Below are positions 1 through 8,427 of a stretch of DNA of 32,000 nt, piece by piece (positions within the stretch are counted from its first letter, which is position 1; every line of letters starts with the position of its first letter). A model generated the notes under the pieces. The model saw only the letters and a list, made by a program, of their open reading frames with translations, was not told the DNA's origin and did no database searches. Both the position numbers and the translations under genes were made by a program. The DNA lies in contig NC_000962.3 in the NCBI RefSeq assembly GCF_000195955.2, positions 1,110,001 to 1,142,000 on the forward strand. Direction: 5' to 3'. The DNA is from Mycobacterium tuberculosis H37Rv (GTDB lineage Bacteria; Actinomycetota; Actinomycetes; Mycobacteriales; Mycobacteriaceae).

Positions 1-192
1 ACCGATGCGATCGCGCTGCTGATTGCCGAGGGCCATCCCGTCCATGTCGTCGTCCACCAAGGGTCCCGACACGACCTGGGAAATCCGGGCGGGTACCTCA
101 AGGCTGCGGTTGACTTTGCATTGGATCGTGACGACTACGGCCCGGACTTGCGGCGATGGTTGGTGGCGCGACTGGGTCTGACAGAGCAGTAG
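1..192 (+). CDS. galU: UTP--glucose-1-phosphate uridylyltransferase, C-terminal 63 codons (5' end outside window)
   Basis: Frame 1 is open from the window edge to TAG 190-192. The translation ...VVVHQGSRHDLGNPGGYLKAAVDFALDRDDYG... carries the GalU/GtaB C-terminal R-x-D-x-G...G-Y..A...F-A-L signature. It lies directly upstream of moeA1, as in mycobacteria. Confidence 0.8.
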   Translation, partial: TDAIALLIAEGHPVHVVVHQGSRHDLGNPGGYLKAAVDFALDRDDYGPDLRRWLVARLGLTEQ

Positions 193-268
193 CCTGGCGA
201 CGATACGGCACGGACGGTTCCGGGGTGGGGGATGCCCGGCCCCATGGCTCGACGGAAAGGCGGGCGCT

Positions 269-1549
269 GTGCGTTCTGTGGAGGAGCAGCAGGCTCGGAT
301 ATCGGCCGCTGCGGTAGCCCCGAGGCCGATACGCGTTGCGATCGCCGAGGCGCAGGGATTGATGTGCGCCGAAGAAGTGGTCACCGAACGTCCAATGCCC
401 GGTTTTGATCAGGCCGCCATCGACGGCTACGCGGTGCGCAGTGTCGATGTGGCCGGTGTCGGTGATACCGGTGGTGTCCAAGTCTTTGCCGACCACGGCG
501 ATCTTGACGGTCGCGACGTGCTGACCCTACCGGTGATGGGAACCATCGAAGCCGGAGCGCGCACCCTGAGCAGGTTGCAGCCTCGCCAAGCGGTCCGGGT
601 GCAGACCGGCGCGCCGCTTCCCACCCTGGCCGATGCGGTCCTGCCGTTGCGGTGGACCGATGGCGGAATGTCTCGGGTGCGGGTGCTGCGCGGGGCGCCG
701 TCGGGCGCCTACGTGCGGCGTGCGGGCGACGACGTGCAGCCCGGTGATGTGGCGGTGCGCGCGGGGACGATCATCGGCGCAGCCCAGGTGGGGTTGCTGG
801 CGGCGGTCGGCCGTGAACGGGTGCTGGTGCACCCTCGTCCGCGGCTGTCGGTGATGGCCGTCGGGGGCGAGTTGGTCGACATCTCGCGGACCCCGGGCAA
901 CGGGCAGGTTTATGACGTCAACTCCTATGCCTTGGCTGCGGCGGGCCGGGATGCCTGTGCGGAGGTGAACCGGGTTGGCATCGTCAGCAACGACCCTACG
1001 GAACTTGGCGAAATCGTCGAGGGCCAGCTCAATCGGGCTGAGGTCGTGGTGATCGCCGGCGGGGTGGGCGGTGCGGCGGCAGAAGCGGTCAGGTCGGTGC
1101 TTTCCGAGCTCGGTGAGATGGAGGTCGTGCGGGTCGCCATGCATCCGGGATCCGTGCAGGGCTTCGGACAGCTCGGCCGTGATGGTGTACCGACCTTTCT
1201 GCTGCCGGCCAACCCGGTCAGCGCCCTGGTGGTCTTCGAGGTGATGGTTCGGCCGCTGATCCGGCTGTCGCTGGGTAAACGGCATCCGATGCGACGGATC
1301 GTGTCGGCGCGCACGCTGTCGCCGATCACGTCGGTGGCCGGGCGCAAGGGCTACCTGCGTGGCCAGTTGATGCGTGATCAGGACAGCGGCGAGTACCTGG
1401 TGCAGGCGCTGGGCGGCGCTCCGGGGGCGTCATCGCACCTGCTCGCGACGCTTGCCGAAGCGAACTGTCTGGTTGTGGTTCCCACCGGGGCCGAGCAGAT
1501 TCGCACGGGTGAGATCGTGGATGTCGCCTTCCTGGCTCAGCACGGCTGA
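269..1549 (+). CDS. moeA1: MoeA-family molybdopterin molybdenumtransferase / gephyrin-E-like protein (426 aa)
   Basis: Complete ORF from GTG 269. MoeA fold is recognisable (AIDGYAV N-terminal segment, MoCF-binding-like segment VVVIAGGVGGAAAE, C-terminal barrel). Recognised from memory as Rv0994. Confidence 0.93.
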   Translation: MRSVEEQQARISAAAVAPRPIRVAIAEAQGLMCAEEVVTERPMPGFDQAAIDGYAVRSVDVAGVGDTGGVQVFADHGDLDGRDVLTLPVMGTIEAGARTLSRLQPRQAVRVQTGAPLPTLADAVLPLRWTDGGMSRVRVLRGAPSGAYVRRAGDDVQPGDVAVRAGTIIGAAQVGLLAAVGRERVLVHPRPRLSVMAVGGELVDISRTPGNGQVYDVNSYALAAAGRDACAEVNRVGIVSNDPTELGEIVEGQLNRAEVVVIAGGVGGAAAEAVRSVLSELGEMEVVRVAMHPGSVQGFGQLGRDGVPTFLLPANPVSALVVFEVMVRPLIRLSLGKRHPMRRIVSARTLSPITSVAGRKGYLRGQLMRDQDSGEYLVQALGGAPGASSHLLATLAEANCLVVVPTGAEQIRTGEIVDVAFLAQHG

Positions 1550-1611
1550 GCCGAACCACGGCGACTCTGGTGAACTTATGGCGCTCGAATCCCCGGCATC
1601 CGGGATGGCCG

Positions 1612-2223
1612 ATGGCCGTCGGGCCGCTGCGGGTCTCGGCAGGCGTGATTCGGCTGCGGCCGGTGCGGATGCGTGACGGCGTGCATTGGAGCCGGATCCG
1701 GTTGGCCGACCGTGCACATCTTGAGCCGTGGGAGCCCAGCGCGGACGGCGAGTGGACCGTCCGGCACACGGTTGCTGCCTGGCCGGCGGTGTGTTCGGGT
1801 CTGCGTTCGGAGGCTCGCAACGGCCGCATGCTGCCGTACGTGATCGAGCTGGATGGGCAGTTCTGCGGCCAGTTGACCATCGGCAATGTCACCCACGGGG
1901 CCTTGCGGTCGGCCTGGATCGGCTATTGGGTACCAAGCGCGGCCACTGGCGGAGGGGTGGCCACCGGAGCGTTGGCGTTGGGTCTCGACCACTGCTTCGG
2001 TCCGGTCATGCTGCATCGAGTCGAGGCCACCGTGCGCCCGGAGAATGCGGCCAGTCGCGCCGTGCTGGCAAAGGTTGGCTTCCGCGAGGAGGGGCTGTTG
2101 CGCCGTTACCTTGAGGTTGACCGGGCATGGCGAGACCATCTGTTGATGGCGATCACCGTCGAAGAGGTTTACGGGTCGGTGGCCTCGACGCTGGTCCGTG
2201 CCGGGCATGCCAGCTGGCCCTAA
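1612..2223 (+). CDS. rimJ: GNAT N-acetyltransferase, RimJ-type (203 aa)
   Basis: ORF 1570..2223. In-frame ATG 1612 gives 203 aa. GNAT core HRVEATVRPENAASRAVLAKVGFREEG. The alternative GTG 1570 cannot be excluded. Confidence 0.85.
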   Translation: MAVGPLRVSAGVIRLRPVRMRDGVHWSRIRLADRAHLEPWEPSADGEWTVRHTVAAWPAVCSGLRSEARNGRMLPYVIELDGQFCGQLTIGNVTHGALRSAWIGYWVPSAATGGGVATGALALGLDHCFGPVMLHRVEATVRPENAASRAVLAKVGFREEGLLRRYLEVDRAWRDHLLMAITVEEVYGSVASTLVRAGHASWP

Positions 2224-2287
2224 CGCGGAATCGCAACCAAACTGTGACTGGCGCGACACGTGTGGCGTGTGGTGCTTGTGAGAGATG

Positions 2288-2305
2288 AATTACAGGTGTG
2301 TAATT
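2288..2305. promoter_or_regulatory. Perfect AT-rich palindrome AATTACA-ggtg-TGTAATT, operator-like or 5'-UTR hairpin
   Basis: The 7+7 bp inverted repeat was read directly. It lies 79 bp upstream of ATG 2384 in an otherwise GC-rich intergenic region. Confidence 0.3.
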
Positions 2306-2383
2306 GCCCTGGGCGCTTTGACCCGGCCGCGCTGGCCAACGATGGGGCCTCGCGGGGATCGGAACCGAAGAGAGCAGGTCATC

Positions 2384-3460
2384 ATGCCAAGCATCCCGCA
2401 GTCGTTGTTGTGGATATCGCTCGTGGTGCTCTGGCTGTTCGTGCTGGTTCCCATGCTGATCAGCAAACGTGATGCCGTTCGGCGCACCAGCGATGTGGCT
2501 TTGGCGACTCGGGTACTCAACGGTGGCGCTGGTGCGCGCCTGCTCAAGCGAGGTGGTCCCGCCGCGGGACATCGCTGGGGGTACCTCCCGCCCGAAGGGC
2601 AGGGGGACGACCCGGACTGGAAGCCGGAGGAAGACTGGCGCGACGACCCGGTCGAGGACGGGTTCGCCGACGTCGAGCATGACATCGACGAGGACCAGGA
2701 GGCCGACGATGCGCGCCGTCGGGGTGCGGTTGTCATGAAGGTTGCCGCTCCGCAGACCGCAGGTGCCGACGAGCCGGACTACTTAGACGTCGATGTGGTC
2801 GAAGAAGACTCGGAGGCGCTTCCGGTGGGGGCTGGCGCTGCGGTCGGCGAGTCCGCCGACGAGGCCGATGCCGAAGCTGCTGACGGAGTTGCGGGCCACG
2901 CCGACCCGGAGGCCGACCCGGTCGAATACGAATACGAATACGAATACGTCGAGGACACCTGCGGTTTGGAGCTCGAGGAGGACGACCAGGAAGCGCCACC
3001 GACCGTCGCATCCGGCACGTCACGGCGGCGCCGATTCGACACCAAGACCGCCGCCGCGGTCAGCGCCCGCAAGTACACCTTCCGCAAACGTGCGTTGATC
3101 GTGATGGCGGTGATCCTGGTTGGCTCTGCCGCCGCGGCCTTCGAGCTGACCCCGGTCGCGTGGTGGATCTGTGGTAGCGCCACCGGTGTGACGGTGCTCT
3201 ACCTGGCATATTTGCGTCGGCAAACCCGCATCGAGGAGAAGGTGCGTCGGCGGCGGATGCAGCGGATCGCGCGGGCGCGGCTCGGTGTAGAGAACACCCG
3301 TGACCGCGAGTACGATGTGGTGCCGTCGCGGCTGCGCCGTCCGGGCGCGGTGGTCCTGGAGATCGACGACGAGGACCCGATCTTCACGCACCTGGAGAGC
3401 GCGGCCCCGATACGGAACTACGGCTGGCCCAGGGACCTGCCCCGGGCGGTGGGTCAGTAG
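2384..3460 (+). CDS. Conserved membrane protein with acidic disordered linker (358 aa); candidate GlpR-like receptor
   Basis: ORF 2285..3460. ATG 2384 directly precedes TM helix SLLWISLVVLWLFVLVPMLI. The middle ~200 aa are D/E-rich low complexity. Two C-terminal TM helices follow (ALIVMAVILVGSAAAAF, VAWWICGSATGVTVLYLAYL), then an Arg-rich tail. Confidence 0.85.
   Translation: MPSIPQSLLWISLVVLWLFVLVPMLISKRDAVRRTSDVALATRVLNGGAGARLLKRGGPAAGHRWGYLPPEGQGDDPDWKPEEDWRDDPVEDGFADVEHDIDEDQEADDARRRGAVVMKVAAPQTAGADEPDYLDVDVVEEDSEALPVGAGAAVGESADEADAEAADGVAGHADPEADPVEYEYEYEYVEDTCGLELEEDDQEAPPTVASGTSRRRRFDTKTAAAVSARKYTFRKRALIVMAVILVGSAAAAFELTPVAWWICGSATGVTVLYLAYLRRQTRIEEKVRRRRMQRIARARLGVENTRDREYDVVPSRLRRPGAVVLEIDDEDPIFTHLESAAPIRNYGWPRDLPRAVGQ
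2924..2947 (+). repeat. (GAATAC)x4 in-frame hexanucleotide microsatellite encoding EYEYEYEY
   Basis: Four perfect tandem GAATAC units, read directly, inside the acidic linker of the 2384..3460 CDS. Confidence 0.95.
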
Positions 3461-3493
3461 GGCGCGCAGTTCGGCCATCGGCGCCGCTGCTGG

Positions 3494-3499
3494 TAGCCT
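3494..3499 (+). promoter_or_regulatory. Candidate -10 hexamer TAGCCT for tRNA-Ala
   Basis: Fits the mycobacterial TANNNT pattern. It lies 11 nt upstream of the mature tRNA 5' end, so the predicted leader is ~4 nt. Confidence 0.3.
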
Positions 3500-3510
3500 G
3501 CTACCGATCA

Positions 3511-3586
3511 GGGGCTATGGCGCAGTTGGTAGCGCGACTCGTTCGCATCGAGTAGGTCAGGGGTTCGAATCCCCTTAGCTCCACCA
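3511..3586 (+). tRNA. tRNA-Ala (anticodon CGC), CCA encoded
   Basis: 76-nt cloverleaf. Acceptor GGGGCTA/TAGCTCC has the G3:U70 alanine identity pair. Anticodon loop TTCGCAT (CGC), T-loop GGTTCGAATCC, terminal ACCA. Confidence 0.97.
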
Positions 3587-3783
3587 TCTAATCAGTAGCC
3601 ATCGGCAGCCTCGTTGGCTGTGCCGCCGCGGACGTGGTTGAGACGGCGAGCACAGCCCTCGGGGCAATCCTGGCAGGTCGCAATGCGGTGGTGCCGCCAC
3701 GGTGTCCACGTCGAGGCGCCGGCCTTGTGGTACCGGTAAAGTGCTGTGGCGACCGCGATCTGGCGCGAAGCCTGATGAAGATC

Positions 3784-3804
3784 GAATATTCGGCTGAATA
3801 TTCG
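3784..3804. promoter_or_regulatory. Tandem GAATATTCG boxes (period 12 bp), each containing the palindrome GAATATTC
   Basis: tcGAATATTCGgctGAATATTCGct was read directly. It is the most AT-rich spot of the window (local GC ~48%) and lies 57-77 bp upstream of the ATG 3861 predicted TSS. Confidence 0.35.
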
Positions 3805-3848
3805 CTAAGACATGTGTGGCGGCGTCCGATCCTGTCACAACCTGCCCC

Positions 3849-3854
3849 TAGGGT
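3849..3854 (+). promoter_or_regulatory. Candidate -10 TAGGGT driving a leaderless transcript starting at ATG 3861
   Basis: A TANNNT hexamer, then a 6-nt spacer, then the A of ATG exactly at the predicted +1. Confidence 0.4.
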
Positions 3855-3860
3855 CGGTGC

Positions 3861-4112
3861 ATGAGCACGAAATACTACCTGCAGAAGGTCCCTGTCGAAG
3901 CCGTCCAGCCGGGCTTTTCGCTGGCCATTCCACACGATGGCGACTATCGCCTTTTCCAGGTCGACTGCACGCAAATGTGCCAGCGAAGTGGCCAGCCGGT
4001 GATGATCAGACTCATGTCGGAGTCCGTCGATGGTGGCCAGCCGTGGGTCTTGGAATATGAAGCGGGCACGGCGGTAATCCGGCTTCTCGGTGTTTGCCAG
4101 GCCGCTTCGTAG
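3861..4112 (+). CDS. Orphan hypothetical protein (83 aa), probably leaderless
   Basis: ATG ORF with GC3 ~72% (counted by hand) and leaderless promoter geometry. I recognise no domain. Confidence 0.45.
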   Translation: MSTKYYLQKVPVEAVQPGFSLAIPHDGDYRLFQVDCTQMCQRSGQPVMIRLMSESVDGGQPWVLEYEAGTAVIRLLGVCQAAS

Positions 4113-4172
4113 GGTGGCGTGTGCTCGCTAACCGGGCTTGGCGGCGGCTACAAACGGCAACGCGCGTTGTGT

Positions 4173-5749
<1,577 letters not shown>

Positions 5750-5750
5750 T

Positions 5751-5769
5751 CACCGACCCCGGGTCGGTG
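5751..5769 (+). terminator. GC-rich hairpin CACCGACC-ccg-GGTCGGTG immediately after the 4748..5749 stop
   Basis: 8-bp perfect stem read directly, 2 nt after TGA 5747-5749. There is no U-tract. It engulfs GTG 5767. Confidence 0.35.
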
Positions 5770-5852
5770 CGTCCGCCGCTGGCACCGCAGTTCGCCGCTG
5801 ATCTGCTAGTCAAAACGGTGTCGACGTTGCGCAGCTCAGGGGCTGCGTTGGG

Positions 5853-5858
5853 TAGATT
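5853..5858 (+). promoter_or_regulatory. Candidate -10 TAGATT for a leaderless lipoprotein mRNA (ATG 5866)
   Basis: TANNNT, then 6 nt, then predicted +1 at G5865 with ATG at 5866. Confidence 0.45.
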
Positions 5859-5865
5859 GACCACG

Positions 5866-6525
5866 ATGCGCAAGGCGGTACTGGCAGTCGGATCGGTGTG
5901 CTGGCTTGTCGGCTGCTCATCAGGGGCCAGCTCCACCACCGCCTCGACCGGCGACATCGCCAAGGTGGCCGAAGTGAAGTCGGGCTTTGGACCTGAATAC
6001 ACCGTCACCGATGTCACTCCCAGGGCCATCGATCCCGGGTTCTTTTCCGCCCGCAAACTGCCCGACGGGCTGAGTTTCGATCCGGCGAACTGTGCGCAAG
6101 TGGCGGCCGGGCCCCAGCTGCCGACCGGGTTGCAGGGCAACATGGCCGCCGTCTCCGCCGAGGGCAACGGCAACCGGTTCGTCGTCATCGCGGTGGAGAC
6201 GTCCCAGCCGCTGCCGGCCCCCAGCCCCGGGAAAGACTGCAGCAAGGTGACTTTTTCCGGGACGCAGCTGCGGGGCGGCATCGAGGTGGTCGATGTACCG
6301 CACATCGACGGGACACAGACGCTGGGCGTGCATCGCGTGTTGCAGGCGGTCGTCGGCGGGTCAGCGCGCACCGGCGAGCTCTATGACTATTCCGCTCGGT
6401 TCGGGGACTACCAGGTGATTGTCATCGCCAATCCACTGGTAATCCCTGGACGGCCGGTTGCGCGGGTCGATACGCAACGCGCCCGCGATCTGCTCGTACA
6501 GGCGGTGGCCGCGGTCCGGGGTTGA
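5866..6525 (+). CDS. Putative secreted lipoprotein (219 aa from ATG 5866; ORF open from GTG 5767)
   Basis: From ATG 5866 the product starts MRKAVLAVGSVCWLVGC|SSG. This is a textbook type II signal peptide with lipobox L-V-G-C. The upstream 33 codons have no signal-like character and overlap a hairpin. Confidence 0.85.
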   Translation: MRKAVLAVGSVCWLVGCSSGASSTTASTGDIAKVAEVKSGFGPEYTVTDVTPRAIDPGFFSARKLPDGLSFDPANCAQVAAGPQLPTGLQGNMAAVSAEGNGNRFVVIAVETSQPLPAPSPGKDCSKVTFSGTQLRGGIEVVDVPHIDGTQTLGVHRVLQAVVGGSARTGELYDYSARFGDYQVIVIANPLVIPGRPVARVDTQRARDLLVQAVAAVRG

Positions 6526-6530
6526 CCGAG

Positions 6531-7148
6531 TTAGCGGACGTCGCGCGGCCGGAACTGGATGCTCACGCGCGGACCCGTCGGCGCCGATGTCTTGGGCACC
6601 GCATGCTCGAAGGTGCGTTGACACGATCCGCCCATCACCAATAGATCGCCATGCGCCAACGGCAGTCGCAACGATGGACCGCGGCCACGCGGCCGCAGCG
6701 CGAAGACGCGGGTGGCGCCGAGGCTGACGATCGCCACCATAGTGTCCTCAGTGCTGCCGCGACCAATGGTGTCGCCATGCCAGGCGACGCTGTCAGAGCC
6801 GTCGCGGTAGTAGCACAGCCCGGCGGTGGTGAAGGGCTCACCCAGTTCGCCGCCGTAGATGTCGTTGAGCCGCCGGCGCATCCGCGCCAGCTGCGGATGC
6901 GGCGGATCTTCGATGGTCAGGTCGTGAAAACTCACCAGCCGCGGCACATCGACCACCCGGTCGTACATCTGACGGCGCTCGGCTCGCCACGGCACCGTCG
7001 ACAACAACGCGTCCAGCAGTTCTTCGCCGCCGGTCAGCCAGCCCGAACGGATGTCGATAAAGGCTCCGTCGCCGAGCTGTCTTCGCTCGTTGTGCTCGAA
7101 GAGCGCGCCTTGAACCGCGATCGCCACGCCGCCAAGCTTATCGCACAT
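6531..7148 (-). CDS. AlkB-like Fe(II)/2-oxoglutarate-dependent dioxygenase (205 aa)
   Basis: Complete ATG ORF. H-x-D in VAWHGDTIG, distal His in TFEHAVPK, 2OG-binding RVSIQFR. These match the AlkB/ALKBH layout. Confidence 0.88.
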   Translation of the reverse strand: MCDKLGGVAIAVQGALFEHNERRQLGDGAFIDIRSGWLTGGEELLDALLSTVPWRAERRQMYDRVVDVPRLVSFHDLTIEDPPHPQLARMRRRLNDIYGGELGEPFTTAGLCYYRDGSDSVAWHGDTIGRGSTEDTMVAIVSLGATRVFALRPRGRGPSLRLPLAHGDLLVMGGSCQRTFEHAVPKTSAPTGPRVSIQFRPRDVR

Positions 7149-7171
7149 TCGTTCGATGGCGCCGCCCCGGC

Positions 7172-7177
7172 TACGGT
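7172..7177 (+). promoter_or_regulatory. Candidate -10 TACGGT for (near-)leaderless arcA
   Basis: TANNNT, then a 7-nt spacer, then GTG 7185. Confidence 0.4.
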
Positions 7178-7184
7178 TTGACCT

Positions 7185-8393
7185 GTGGGTGTCGAATTGG
7201 GGTCAAATTCCGAGGTCGGCGCGCTAAGAGTGGTCATCCTGCACCGCCCGGGGGCCGAACTGCGCCGGCTCACACCGCGCAACACCGACCAGCTGCTGTT
7301 CGACGGCCTGCCCTGGGTATCCCGCGCGCAGGACGAGCACGACGAATTCGCCGAGCTGCTGGCTTCCCGCGGTGCGGAAGTGCTGTTGCTGTCGGACCTG
7401 TTGACTGAGGCACTACATCACAGCGGGGCCGCCCGCATGCAGGGGATCGCCGCTGCCGTCGACGCACCGCGGCTGGGACTGCCGCTGGCGCAAGAGCTTT
7501 CGGCCTACCTGCGTAGTCTCGACCCAGGCAGGTTGGCGCATGTGCTGACGGCCGGCATGACCTTCAACGAGCTCCCGTCGGACACGCGGACCGACGTGTC
7601 GTTGGTGTTGCGTATGCACCATGGCGGAGACTTCGTCATTGAGCCGTTGCCGAACCTGGTGTTCACCCGCGACTCGTCGATATGGATCGGGCCGCGGGTG
7701 GTGATCCCGTCGCTGGCATTACGGGCACGGGTGCGCGAAGCGTCGCTGACCGACCTCATCTATGCTCATCACCCGCGGTTCACCGGTGTGCGGCGTGCCT
7801 ATGAATCGCGCACCGCTCCGGTCGAGGGTGGCGACGTGTTGTTGCTCGCCCCGGGTGTGGTCGCTGTCGGAGTGGGCGAGCGGACTACACCAGCAGGCGC
7901 GGAAGCATTGGCGCGCAGCCTTTTTGACGATGATCTTGCGCATACCGTGCTCGCCGTGCCGATCGCTCAGCAGCGCGCGCAAATGCATCTGGACACGGTG
8001 TGCACGATGGTCGACACCGATACGATGGTGATGTACGCCAACGTTGTCGACACGCTCGAGGCGTTCACGATCCAGCGCACACCCGACGGCGTGACCATCG
8101 GCGATGCGGCCCCGTTCGCGGAGGCGGCTGCCAAGGCGATGGGAATCGACAAGCTGCGGGTAATTCATACCGGAATGGACCCCGTCGTCGCTGAACGCGA
8201 ACAGTGGGACGACGGCAACAACACGTTGGCGTTGGCGCCCGGTGTCGTTGTCGCCTACGAGCGCAACGTACAGACCAACGCCCGCCTGCAGGACGCGGGC
8301 ATCGAAGTGCTTACCATCGCCGGCTCCGAATTGGGTACCGGCCGTGGCGGGCCCCGCTGCATGTCCTGTCCGGCCGCCCGCGATCCGCTTTAG
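7185..8393 (+). CDS. arcA: Arginine deiminase (402 aa)
   Basis: GTG ORF. ADI N-terminus [15 protein letters not shown]. Catalytic Cys context GGPRCMSCP near the C-terminus. Confidence 0.95.
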
Positions 8394-8405
8394 GAGTGGC
8401 GATTT

Positions 8406-8423
8406 CGGCGCCTGGCGGCGCCG
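8406..8423. terminator. Small GC hairpin CGGCGCC-tggc-GGCGCCG between convergent arcA and pmt
   Basis: 7-bp stem read directly in the 34-bp gap. No U-tract on either strand. Confidence 0.2.
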
Positions 8424-8427
8424 CAGA

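Noticed and set aside
527-1285. 252-aa minus-strand ORF and other antisense ORFs over moeA1
   Set aside because: They are antisense to the MoeA-fold gene and have His/Arg/Pro-rich nonsense composition.
2243-2258. CRP-like site TGTGA-ctggcg-CGACA upstream of the membrane-protein gene
   Set aside because: The right half has two mismatches to TCACA. A single half-site match is expected by chance, so it is not reported as a feature.
3575-3974. 87-aa and 128-aa minus-strand ORFs next to or over tRNA-Ala
   Set aside because: One overlaps the tRNA gene itself and both are compositionally implausible. Only the start-less third frame (3595..3804) shows high GC3, and it is reported as a possible remnant.
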